From assembly GCF_006345805.1 (NCBI RefSeq), contig NC_043020.1, positions 13,020,001 through 13,084,000 on the forward strand: DNA of 64,000 nucleotides. Reading direction: 5' to 3'. This DNA comes from Octopus sinensis (Eukaryota). Of this stretch, positions 26,446 through 38,539 are shown one piece after another (within the stretch, counting starts at the first letter, position 1; each line of letters starts with the position of its first letter). The position numbers were made by a program, and so were the translations under genes. Under the pieces are notes generated by a model. The model made no database searches, was not told the origin of the DNA, and worked only from the letters and a program-made list of their open reading frames with translations.

Positions 26446-27150
26446 CCCTTTCATTACCATATATATTTTGAGATGCTCTGTAATTCTTTCAATTTTTTAA
26501 AATATAACAATGAATTTAGTAAAATAACTTAGTTACCATTCAGCTAGTGTTAGGAACATAAATTGTGACTTAGGTTTGGTGGAAGATTTTAATTCAAAAC
26601 TTATGAAAACAAGACATTTGTACTCAGAGCTAGAGCCGGTTTCAGCTGGGTTTTAACAAAAGGGTTAATTTAATCACACATCTTAACCCTTTTGTTACTG
26701 TATTTATTTTGAGATGCTCTGTGTTTCTTTCAATTACTTTAAATATAAGAAAGAATTTAGTAAAGTAACTTAGTTATCATTCAGCTAGTGTTAGGAACAT
26801 AAATTGTGACTAAGGTTTGGTGGAAGATTTTAATTCGAAACTTATGAAAACAAGACATTTGTACTGCAGAGCCAGAGCCAGTTTCAGCTGGGTTTTAACA
26901 AAAGGGTTAATTTAATCACACATCTTAACCCTATTGTTACTGTATTTATTTTGAGATGCTCTGTGTTTCTTTCAATTACTTTAAATATAACAATGAATTT
27001 AGTAAAATAACTTAGTTTATCATTCAGCTAGTGTTAGGAACATAAATTGTGACTAAGGTTTGGTGAAAGATTTTAATTCAAAACTTATGAAAACAAGACA
27101 TTTGTACTACAGAGTCAGAGGCGGTTTCAGGCAGGTTGGTATCGGAAGGG
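26446..27150. mobile_element. Three tandem piggyBac-like MITEs (CCC...GGG ends, TTAA flanks, about 220 bp each)
   Basis: ttaaccctt...aagggttaa with period 241-242 bp. Further copies at 17880-18092 and 31758-32903. Confidence 0.75.
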
Positions 27151-27285
27151 TTCACAATGACAGGAAAATAAAGAGATTATTATTAGAACCAGACACTGGT
27201 TAAATCAAGGTTTTTATTGATCCTTAAATGGTAAAGTGCCAGATATATTGATTAAGGTATCAGGACATAATTAACACAACTAAAA

Positions 27286-27411
27286 GTCTACAGTTCTATA
27301 TTTAAGAGATGAGGAATTATTTACATTATTTACATTTGATGGATATTTGTCCTCATCTTGTATGTTGTTAACATAATGTTTCGGCTGATATACCCTCCAG
27401 CCTTCATCAGG
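27286..27411 (-). mobile_element. Penelope-like relic with hammerhead-like core
   Basis: Minus strand CTGATGA-A-GGCTG-gagggtatat-CAGCC-GAAAC. The 5' side is replaced by an adjacent SINE. Confidence 0.55.
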
Positions 27412-27700
27412 AGCTTACGATCGTGAGGTTGTAAGTTCGAATCCCGGACCGGGCTGTGTGTTGTGTTCTTGAGCAAGACACTTTATTTCACGTTGCTCCA
27501 GTTCACTCAGCTGTAGAAATGAGTTGCGATGCTGTATCGGCCTTTGCCTTTCCCTTGGATAACACTGGTGGCGTGGAGAGGGGAGGCCGGTATGCATGGG
27601 CGACTGCTGGTCTTCCATAAACAACCTTCCTCGGACTTGTGCCTGGGAGGGTAACTTTCTAGGTGCAATCCCATGGTCATTCATGACGGAAGGGGGTCTC
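27412..27700 (+). mobile_element. tRNA-derived SINE (type D, gttcgaatccc...ttgagcaagacactt core)
   Basis: B-box GTTCGAATC. Related copy at 54764-54970. Confidence 0.7.
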
Positions 27701-27938
27701 AGCAGCTATTTATGTTCCAAATGCCATTTTAATAATGTTTCAAACACCATTTTTTTAATGTTCCCAATACCATTTTAATAACGAGTTATTTAATTAAATT
27801 CATCATTATTTTCAAAATTAATAAAAGAAAATCCATGCCAGCATGGAAAGCAGATGTTTAACTGATGACGATGACGACAACGATGACGACGATGACGACG
27901 ACGATGACGATGATAATGATGATGATGATGATGATGAC

Positions 27939-27970
<32 letters not shown>

Positions 27971-28213
27971 CAATGATGATGATGATGATAATGATGATGA
28001 TGATGATGAAGATGAAAGGCATTGTGCTTCGACAGTAATATGGTAACAAAAGGGTTAAAGTGATCTAAACTGAAGCCGTCCGTCAAAATTCCATGTTAAT
28101 TTATGTTTCAAATACTAGATTAATAAAGACAATTATTTCACTTAATTGATCATCATTTTTGCACGCCTTCCGAATGACTATTAGCTTTCGAAAAATAAGT
28201 GAGGCCTTCTTAC

Positions 28214-28449
28214 CTGGTATGTCGTGTAAGGATGAAGATCATTCACAATGAAATGTATTCCTGGCTTCTCGTGGAGTTCGGTGGAATTCCATAACTGCCA
28301 ATTTTCTGATATCTCTGGCATCTTCATCTGTATCATATAAGTTATGTTGGAAACAAGTTGGTTGGTCCTCCACAGTAAATGCACCGATGAATGCGTGACA
28401 TTGTATCGGTTGATTTCCGGTGCGGGTAATGTTGCATTTTCAAGTTCAT
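28214..28449 (-). CDS. ROS1: ROS1/Sevenless-like exon, FN3 domain 1 (ELENATLPAPEINRY...NDLHPYTTYQ), 236 nt, phase 1 to 0
   Basis: Acceptor tttgtgtcag, donor CAG|GTAAGA. FN3 signature (W, LHPYTTY). Resembles ROS1 LENADLPTAP...KPLHPFTEY. Confidence 0.92.
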
Positions 28450-28494
28450 CTGACACAAACAAAATATCAGTAACATATTATTATTATTATTATT

Positions 28495-29645
28495 ATTTGA
28501 ACTCAGAATTTGAACTCAGAATGTAACGGCAGACAAAATACTTATTTCTTTACTACCCACAAGGGGCTAAACACAGAGGAGACAAACAAGGACAGACAGA
28601 CAGATTAAGTCGATTATATTGACCTCAGTAAGTAACTGGTACTTTATTTATCGACCCCGAAAGGATGAAAGGCAAAGTCGACCTTGGCGGAATTTGAACT
28701 CAGAACGTAACGGCAGACGAAATACCTATTTCTTTACTGCCCACAAGGGGCTAAACACAGAGAGGACAAGCAAGGACAGACAAACGGATTAAGTCGATTA
28801 CGTCAACCCCAGTGCATAACTGGTACTTAATTTATCGACTCCAAAAGGATGAAAGGCAAAGTTGACCTCGGCAGAATTTGAACTCAGAACGTAGTGGCAG
28901 ATGAAATACCACTAAGCATTTCGCCCGGTGTGCTAACGTTTCTGCCAGCTCGCCGCGTGTATGTATTTCTGTGTGGGTAAACTGAATTATTTCATCATAT
29001 GTAAAGGTTTCGCGCAATTTTACTGACATGTACACATATTGCATGAAACCTTTAGTTATGAGGAAATAATAGGTTTTAACTATGAATAATTACAACAGAC
29101 TCCATGCACCTTTCAACACATGTATTGAGTACTTTGCACAGACACGTTCCAAGACCACACATGTACACACAGAGGGAAAGAGAGAGAAGAGGAGGAGGAG
29201 GAGTTTCAGTCTCTAGTGCAGAATATATATTTCTTTACTACCCACAAGGGGCTAAACATAGAGGGGACAAACAAAGACAGACAAACGGATTAAGTCGATT
29301 ACATCGACCCCAGTGCGTAACTGGTACTTTATTTTTCTACCCCCGAAAGGATGAAAGGCAAAGTCGACCTCGGTGGAATTTGAACTCAGAACGTAACTGC
29401 AGACGAAATACCTATTTTTTTACTGCCCGCAAGGGGCTAAACACAGAGAGGACAAACAAAGACAGACAAACGGATTAAGTCGATTACATCGACCCCAGTG
29501 CGTAACTGGTACTTTATTTATCGACCCCCGAAAGGATGAAAGGCAAAGTCGACCTTGGCGGAATTTGAACTCAGAACGTAACGGCAGATGAAATACGGCT
29601 ACACATTTCGCCCGGCGTGCTAACGTTTCTGCCAGCTCGCCGCCT
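28495..29645 (-). mobile_element. Two clusters of multimeric type B SINE (one head followed by tandem 184-bp bodies)
   Basis: Same body-body junction at 28541/2, 28725/6 and 29411/2. The dimer 29228-29645 is flanked by a 16-bp TSD. Confidence 0.85.
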
Positions 29646-31176
29646 TCTAGTGCAGAATATACATGCATGTGCACGCGCGCATGTGCATGCCTGTGTGTGT
29701 GTGTGTGCGGCATAGTAGAGCGTTATTGTTCAAGGGCAGGTCAAGGAACAAACAAGGGAATTAACATAATTTATGTGACACAACGGAAGATTGAAGCTGT
29801 TAATGAAGAAATGCTAGGAGATAATTGGTTCTAATGAGTGGGGAGCCATGCCAAATGCACTAGAAGCATTATCAATAATTAATGAAGCTAAATAAACAAT
29901 AAATTGGAACAGATAACAATTATACAATAATTAAAATAATTAGTCATTTCTTTGTTCATCTGGTTTTGGCGGGAATCTATGTCCTGTAAAAATAATAAAA
30001 ATATACAAACCCTCATAAAATCTAATTGCCGCTTATTATAATTCTCTTAATTGCTTATTGGTTTTCTTAAAAATTGCATGTAATGAGAACTAAAAGCTAA
30101 TTGCAAGAAAAGGTTGTTGAATATATAATCTCTACAGCAGACAATAAGATTAGCATTGTGTCTCAAATGGTGAACTGTTGTGGCAATGGTTGACAGGACA
30201 GTACTACCATTGTAGTAGGAATCATGATGGCTTTGTACATGAAGAGTATAAAACATTCAATTGCAATGTTTCCATATTCTTGTCCAAAATTAGAAATAAA
30301 AGCCAGTGCCCTATTCTTCCTCTGTGGTACCTGACTAACCCCACGACATTGGTTCAATGCCAATTTACACGCGTTCTGTACTTGCTTTGAATCAGATGGT
30401 GTAAATATACGCAGCCTTATCTGCCCTGGTTTTGTACTGGTCAATGTACTCTTTACTCTCTTTTTACTCTTTTACTTGTTTCAGTCATTTGACTGCGGCC
30501 ATGCTGGAGCACCGCCTTCTAGTTGAGTAAATCGACCCCAGGACTTATTCTTTGTAAGCCTAGTACTTATTCTATCAGTCTCTTTTGCTGAACCGCTAAG
30601 CTACGGGACGTAAACACACCACCATCAAGCAATGGTGGGGGGACAAACACAGACACACAAACATATACATACATACATACATATATATATACATATATAC
30701 AACGGGCCTCTTTCAGTTTCCGTCTACCAAATCCACTCACAAGGCTTTGGTCGGCCTGAGGCTATAGTAGAAGACACTTGCCCAAAGTGCCACACAGTGG
30801 GACTGAACCCGGAACCATGTGGTTGGTAAACAAGCTACTTACCACACAGCCACTCCTGCGCTATATGTGTGTTGGTTTGTGTGTGCGTGTGTGTATGTGA
30901 GCATAATGTGTGCGTGTGTACTTCAACACTTGGCAACAAGTCTTGGTTTCTTTACACCTTCCATAACTTAGCAGTTCAACAAAAGAGACCGATAGAATAA
31001 GTATCGGGTTTTAAAAATGTAAGTGTTGGGTGTGGTGGGGTGGGATGTGGTGGGGAGTCAATTTGTCTGACTAAAACCCTTCAAAGCAGTGCTCCAGCAT
31101 GGTGCAGTCCAATGACTGAAATAAGTAAAAGACAAATTTTCACTCTATCTTCAATGACCAACCACATAAATCTACA

Positions 31177-31559
31177 GTGGAGGCACAATGGCCCAGTGGT
31201 TAGGGCAGCGGACTCGCAGTCGTAGGATCGCGGTTTCGATTCCCAGACCGGGCGTTGTGAGTGTTTATTGAGCGAAAACACCTAAAAGCTCCACGAGGCT
31301 CCGGAAGGGGATGGTGGTGAACCCTGCTGTACTCTTTCACCACAACTTTCTCTCACTCTTACTTCCTCTTTCTGTTGTACCTGTATTTCAAAGGGCCGGC
31401 CTTGTCACTCTCTGTGTCACGCTGAATATCCCCGAGAACTATGTTAAGGGTACACGTGTCTGTGGAGTGCTCAGCCACTTACACGTTAATTTCACGAGCA
31501 GGCTGTTCCGTTGATTCGGATCAACCAGAACCCTCGTCGTCGTAACCGACGGAGTACTT
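31177..31559 (+). mobile_element. tRNA-derived SINE (type C) with 15-bp TSD
   Basis: TSD ccacataaatctaca at 31162-31176 and 31560-31574. Confidence 0.92.
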
Positions 31560-31624
31560 CCACATAAATCTACAACAACAACAACAACAACATGTGTAAA
31601 GGTTGGAATTGGTCGGTCTCTCAC

Positions 31625-31685
31625 CTGTTTTTCTTTTTTCATACAAGTTCAGGGCTGTTGTACAGCCTGTTTCACAACTTTTCTC
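31625..31685 (-). CDS. ROS1: ROS1/Sevenless-like receptor tyrosine kinase, Cys-rich exon (EKSCETGCTTALNLYEKRKT), 61 nt, phase 0 to 1
   Basis: Acceptor ttttatttccag, donor G|GTGAGA. Peptide resembles vertebrate ROS1 RESCEVGCSSAEGAYEEEV. The terminal G joins AT of the next exon to make Asp. Confidence 0.85.
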
Positions 31686-31757
31686 CTGGAAATAAAAGAA
31701 ATTTGCAACAATATAAAGAAAGAGAATAGAAATTGTCAAGAATAAAGAGATTTCTAA

Positions 31758-32903
31758 CCCTTTCGTTACTGTATTTATTTTGAGATGCTCTGTGTTTCTT
31801 TCAATTACTTTAAATATAAGAAAGAATTTAGTAAAGTAACTTAGTTATCATTAAACTATTGTTAGGAACATAAATTGTGACTAAGGTTTGGTAGAAGATT
31901 TTAATTCAAAACTTATGAAAACAAGACATTAGTACTCAGAGCCAGAGGTGGTTTCAGGTGGGTTGGTATCAAACGGGTTAAGACGGGAAGAACTAGCAGT
32001 GGCACAAGTGTCTTGATACTTATGTATCATTCATTTTTACATCTGTTTTACATCTGTCTTACATCTGTTTTGTTACCATATTTCTGTTTAGAGACTCTGT
32101 GTTTCTTTCAATTAATTTTAAATGTAACAAAGAATTTAGTAAAATAACTTAGTCATCATTAAGCTAGTGTTAGGAACATAAATTGTGAATAAGGTTTGGT
32201 AGAAAATTTTAGTTCCAAACTTATGAAAACAAGACATTTGTACTCAGAGCCAGAGGTGGTTTCAGGTGGGTTGGTATCAAACGGGTTAAGACGGGAAGAA
32301 CTAGCAGTGGCACAAGGTGTCTTGATACTTATGTATCATTCATTTTTACATCTGTTTTACATCTGTCTTACATCTGTTTTGTTACCATATTTCTGTTTAG
32401 AGACTCTGTGTTTCTTTCAATTAATTTTAAATGTAACAAAGAATTTAGTAAAATAACTTAGTCATCATTAAGCTAGTGTTAGGAACATAAATTGTGAATA
32501 AGGTTTGGTAGAAAATTTTAGTTCCAAACTTATGAAAACAAGACATTTGTACTCAGAGCCAGAGGTGGTTTCAGGTGGGTTGGTATCAAACGGGTTAAGA
32601 CGGGAAGAACTAGCAGTGGCACAAGGTGTCTTGATACTTATGTATCATTCATTTTTACATCTGTTTTACATCTGTCTTACATCTGTTTTGTTACCATATT
32701 TCTGTTTAGAGACTCTGTGTTTCTTTCAATTAATTTTAAATGTAACAAAGAATTTAGTAAAATAACTTAGTCATCATTAAGCTAGTGTTAGGAACATAAA
32801 TTGTGAATAAGGTTTGGTAGAAAATTTTAGTTCCAAACTTATGAAAACAAGACATTTGTACTCAGAGCCAGAGCCGGTTTCAGTCGGGTTGGTCACGAAA
32901 GGG
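31758..32903. repeat. 309-bp tandem array derived from the piggyBac-like MITE plus a captured spacer
   Basis: Identical ORFs at 32196-32456 and 32505-32765; the array ends aagggttaa. Confidence 0.85.
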
Positions 32904-33205
32904 TTAAAAGTAAGAATTAAGTTTTCATTGACAATGATTGTTTACAAGTACACATTATTAGCGGTGAGTTCCATTGTAGACTGAAAAATTGTTGAAGCTG
33001 TGAAACTATCAGGGAACATATCATCTTCATCATCATCCTCATTTAACGTCTCACTTCCATGCTGGTATGGGTTGGATGGTTTGACAGGAGCTGCCAGGCA
33101 GGAGCCTGCGCCATGCTTCTGTGACTGTTTTGGCATGGTTTTTATTGCTGGATGCCCTTTCTAATACCAACCACTCTACAGAATGGACAGTGCTTTTTAT
33201 GTGGC

Positions 33206-33668
33206 ACTAGCAGCATAGCCCGGCATTGCCCGGGTATGTAAGAGCCCCTAGTAGGCAACGACTAATCCCAATCTAGTCCTTTCCCTCTAGGGAACGAAAG
33301 CGCATCTGTAGGTTGCAATGTCTTCTCTTCACTCAAATACTTCTGTGTATACGATGTTCCTAGCTGTCCCTTTGGGCGAAAACATGAAAACATCATTGCG
33401 CCTCCCAACGCGTGAACAGCCCACGTACAGTCCAGAAAATGTGTTGCATATAAAAAGCTTAGATTCTCGACCCCATGTCGAGTTTATCGATTTTTTTCAG
33501 AACTGGGGGAACTTTTCAAAATTTTTGCTGCGTTAGTTTTGAATTATGACGTTGGGCTATGTGTGTGTCAAGTTTCATCAGAATCGGTTGAAAGCCGTGG
33601 TCAGGGTGAGGATACGACAGACACACAGACACACAGACAGACAAACTGCCGTTTATATAGAGAGAGAT
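33206..33668 (+). mobile_element. Helentron/HINE-like non-autonomous element
   Basis: Starts ACTAGC + cccgg...ccggg hairpin; carries aagtttcatcagaatcggttg; ends acagacagac...tttatatagagagagat. Confidence 0.6.
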
Positions 33669-34015
33669 TTGCATAAGCGAGGTCAGTTTTTACAGATGGA
33701 TGTCCTTCCAAATGTCAACCATGTTACAGTGTGGACTGAGGGCTTTTCAAGTGGCAGAAACCAAACCTCACAAGTTAACATATCATCATTGTTTTCCCAA
33801 AGTTCCAAGTTTCAGTTACCGACATTTAATATTTGTTATTTGTGGAGGCACAATGGCCCAGTGGTTAGGGCAGCAGACTCTATCTGAGATGCACTGAAAT
33901 GATCATTTAACAGACATTGTGTGTGTATGTGTGAGTGAGTGTGTGTGCCTCTGTGTGTGTGTGTGTGTGTGTGTGTGTCTGTGTGTGTGAGTGTGTTTGT
34001 GTGAGTGTGTGGTGT

Positions 34016-34091
<76 letters not shown>

Positions 34092-34189
34092 TGTGTGTGT
34101 TGTGTGTGTGTGTGTCTGTGTGTGTGAGTGTGTTTGTGGTGAGTGTGTGTGTGTGAGTGTGTGTGTGTGAGTGTGTGTGTGTGTGTGTT

Positions 34190-34246
<57 letters not shown>

Positions 34247-34321
34247 AGTGTGTTTGTGTGTGTGTGTGTGTGTGAGTGTGTGTGTGTGTGTTTGTGTGTG
34301 TGTCCAAATTTATTGACTTAC

Positions 34322-34351
34322 CTTAACTGTTAATCTAGGCCATGCCTCTTC
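34322..34351 (-). CDS. ROS1: 30-nt micro-exon copy A (EEAWPRLTVK), phase 0 to 0
   Basis: Acceptor tttgtttctttttctttccag, donor AAG|GTAAGT. In frame with the 31685 exon. Confidence 0.65.
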
Positions 34352-35401
34352 CTGGAAAGAAAAAGAAACAAAAATATTTATTTTTAATTGAATGATAAAA
34401 AAAAATTTTGTTTTTTAAACGAATCAAACGATATTAAGAAACCATTTTGTGACCCTCATGGAATGGAATTAATCAACAGAGCAACCCACCTCCCCACCCT
34501 CGACTACCCACCTACCTACCCCACCCTTAGCTACTTAAACCCCACGCCCAGATACCCACACCCCACCTCCAGCTACCCACCCCCTATTAGGTGCAAAAGT
34601 AGGTTCCTCTACCTGGCTGCCCAACCTGTTAGAAATGACAGAGTTTTCTTCAAATCATATCATTGAAATTGTTAAATAAGCACAGGATGGATAGCTGGAT
34701 GGATGGGCACGACTGGAATGTCTTTGATCCTGAGACTGCCTGATCAAGTGATGTGTGTGTCTGGAGTGTATGTACAAGTGCTGTATATATTGTAGAAGTG
34801 TTGTATGTATGTGAAATGTATGCACATGTGTGTGTATGTGTATGCGTGTGTGTATGTGAGTGTGTGTGTGTGTGTGTGTTATGGTTCCCTTGCCGTGACA
34901 TCATGTGACAGTTGTAAATGAGTGTCACACTGATACAAGCAGTGTCCTTTGTTCCCAATCTTCTGTGGAAACATGTCTAACCATGGGAAAATATCATCTT
35001 GCTTGGAAGCATGAGGATTGGTGACAGGAAAGGCATCCATCTGGCCATAGAAAATCTGCCTCAAGGCAGCGAGCCGACAAAAACATTAGCAGGGCAGAGC
35101 TGGCAGAAATGTTAGCACGCTGGGCGAAATGCTTAGCGGTATTTCGTCTGCCGTTATGTTCTGAGTTCAAATTCCACCGAGGTCGACTTTGCCTTTCATC
35201 CTTTCGGGGTCGATAAATTAAGTACCAGTTACTCACTGGGGGCGATGTAATCGACTTAATCCCTTTGTCTGTTCTTGTTTGTCTCCTGTATGTTTAGCTC
35301 CTTGTGGGTAGTAAAGAAATAAGAAAATCTGCCACTGAAATGATCATTTAACAGACATTGTGTATGTGTGTGTGTGTGTGCGTGTGTGTGTGTGTGTTGT
35401 G

Positions 35402-35435
<34 letters not shown>

Positions 35436-35455
35436 CCCCTAATTTATTGACTTAC

Positions 35456-35485
35456 CTTAACTGTTAATTCAGGCCATGCCTCATC
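35456..35485 (-). CDS. ROS1: 30-nt micro-exon copy B (DEAWPELTVK), phase 0 to 0
   Basis: Acceptor tttgtttctctttctttgcag, donor AAG|GTAAGT. Paralog of 34322-34351 within a local tandem duplication. Confidence 0.65.
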
Positions 35486-35933
35486 CTGCAAAGAAAGAGA
35501 AACAAAAATATTTATTTTTAATTGAATCATTAAAAAAAAATTTGTTTTCAAATGAATCAAACGATATTAAGAAACCATCTTGTGACCCTCTTGAAATGGA
35601 ATTAATCAACAGAGCAACCCACCTCCACACCCTCGACTACCCACCTACCTACCCCACCCTTAGCTACTCACACCCCACGCTCAGCTATCCACACCCCACC
35701 TCCAGCTACCCACTCCCTATTAGGTGAAAAAGTAGGTTCCTCTATCTGGCTGCTCAACCTGTTAGAAATTACAGAATTTTCTTCAACTCATATCATTGTG
35801 TTAAATAAGCACAGGATGGATAGTTGGATGGATGGGCACAGCTGGAATGTCTTTGATCCTGAGACTGCCTGATCAAGTGATGTATGTGTCTAGAGTGTGT
35901 GCATGAGTGCTGTATGTATATGAAATGTATGCG

Positions 35934-35969
<36 letters not shown>

Positions 35970-36516
35970 TGTGTGTGTATGTGTGTGTGGTGTGTGTGTA
36001 TGTGTGTGTGTGTATGTATGTAGTGTGTGTATGTTGTGCACATGTAAGGTGTGCTTATGCATAATGCTGTCGTTTAGCCCCAGGCCAACTGACAGTAAGA
36101 AGCTATGATCAAGGGCATCCTTACCATAGCCACAATGTCCTTCCTTTTCGTGTTATCACTGACTGCCTTAACCCTTTCATTCTTTAAGGTGGCATGATTA
36201 ATTTGAGGGTGATTTAGCTGCTATTTATTGCAGAATAAATGGCTTTTTAAAGGTTCTCCTTAAATGTGGATATAGTGTGAGTTGCAAGTATATGAACGCA
36301 TACATGTGTGTGAGTGTGTGTGTGTGTGTGTGGTGTGGTGTGTGTGGTGTGTGTGTGTGTGTGTGTGTGATTGTTCAAATGTGTGTATGTGTAAAACACC
36401 CCCGCAAGCATTTTAATCAGGCATGGTATGCATAGCAGCCAAACCCAGAAAAACCAACAGGAAGCACCATTTATAGATGGACTGGGTAGGACAAGAGAGA
36501 GAGAAAGAGGGTTAAA

Positions 36517-36549
<33 letters not shown>

Positions 36550-36986
36550 AACAGACAAACAGACAGACAGAATCTTTACTAATTTCCTTGATTCAATGAG
36601 TATTAAATTCTACAGAAGAAATTCTTTAATGAGAGATAAATGGTTTGTTCAGTTCCAGAAACTAATTGCTTGACTTTTTTTCCTTTCTGCTTCTTCCTCT
36701 CTACCCGTTTTTGCCCCTTTTATCTGTTTTTTTTTGTTTTTTTTTACCTTAACTACAAGCTCTCTATTAAAGTTAACGAGGGACTGATGAAGAATCAAGG
36801 CAGCTTAAGCGGGGGAAATGTATTTCCTCAATTAAAAAATATTCCAATTACAGTTTTTGTTTTTTCATAAAATGTTAAAAAAATAAAGTGAAACTATAAA
36901 ACCTATTTTTAAAATGAAGAATAACAGACTATGAAAGCACTTTATATTTTGTTGCTATGTAAAGTTATATATATATATATATATAT

Positions 36987-37075
<89 letters not shown>

Positions 37076-37222
37076 AGAGTTTACGAAAAAACAAAAGATG
37101 AAGACAGGTGCTGTACAAAACAAACAAGTGTATTAGTATAACGCTCAGGAATAGAAAAAGTCTTTTACATTTCGAGCCTACGCTCTTCTACAGAAAGGGA
37201 CACAGAAAACAAGGAGAGAAAC

Positions 37223-37264
<42 letters not shown>

Positions 37265-37302
37265 TATATATACATATATATATGTGTGCGTGTGTATAGA
37301 TA

Positions 37303-37358
<56 letters not shown>

Positions 37359-37600
37359 ATGTATATATTATATATATATTCTTTTATTCTTTCACTTGTT
37401 TCAGTCATTTGACTGCGACCATGCTGGAGCACTGCCTTTAGTCAAACAAATCGACCCAGGACTTATTCTTTGTGAGCCTAGTACAGATTGTATTAGTCTC
37501 TTGCTGAACCACTAAGTTATGTGGATGTAAACACACCAACTTTGGTTGTCAAGTGATGGTAGCGGGAACAAACCCAGGCACACAAACATATACACACACT

Positions 37601-37631
<31 letters not shown>

Positions 37632-37968
37632 ATATATACATACAAATACATATCTATACATACATATATGTATATATATATATGTCATTATCATCATCGT
37701 CTGTTTTCCATGCTAGCATGGGTTGGACGGTTCAACTGGTGTCTGGGAAGCCAGAAGGCTGCGCCAGGCCCAGTCTGATCTGGCAGTGTTTCTACAGATG
37801 GATGCCCTTCCTAATGCCAACCACTCCGTGAGTGTAATGGGTGCTTTTTATGTGCCACCTGCACAGGTGCCAGACGAGGCTGGCAAATGGCCACGATCGG
37901 AGGGTGCTTTTTTCGTGCCACTGGCATGGCATGCCACCATGCATATATATGAAAGAGAGAAGAAAGAA

Positions 37969-38036
<68 letters not shown>

Positions 38037-38502
38037 TAGACAGACAGAGAATCTATGTCTTTGAAATATTGTTTCAGATTATAACAGTAAAGAAAACCTG
38101 TTGGCAGTACCATTTTTTTCTAACATAGTAAAAAGCCAGAATCATGGCAGGAGCTGATTACTTTAACCCCAGAGGCTTGAATGGTCCCCTGGAGAGATGA
38201 GGGTTAAGACCTCAATTTGGTAAGAGTTCAATTTAGAATACATAAAACCTGAAGGAATACCGCAAAGCAGTTTTTTTTTTTTCTGATGCTTTCTCTCTCT
38301 CTTTCTCTTTTATTTGTTTCAGTCATTTGACTGTGGCCATGCTGGAGCACCGCCTTTAGTCGAGCAAATCGACCCCAGGACTTATTCTTTGTAAGCCCAG
38401 TACTTATTCTATCGGTCTCTTTTGCCGAACCGCTAAGTGACAGGGATGTAAACACACCAGCATCGGTTGTCAAGCAATGCTAGGGGGACAAACACAGACA
38501 CT

Positions 38503-38539
<37 letters not shown>

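Larger units (their letters stand above)
33892..36010. repeat. Diverged tandem duplication (starts 33892 and 35333) carrying the micro-exon and a C-rich tract
   Basis: cactgaaatgatcatttaacagacatt through gatcaagtgatgt occurs twice with many substitutions; SINEs lie between the copies. Confidence 0.9.

Noticed and set aside
30163-30444. Cys-containing ORF as a ROS1 exon
   Set aside because: The donor at 30331 gives an in-frame TAG in the required phase, and exon 31625 already joins 28449 correctly.
31177-31250. tRNA gene
   Set aside because: It is a SINE head: it continues into a conserved body, is bounded by a 15-bp TSD, and cannot form a full acceptor stem.
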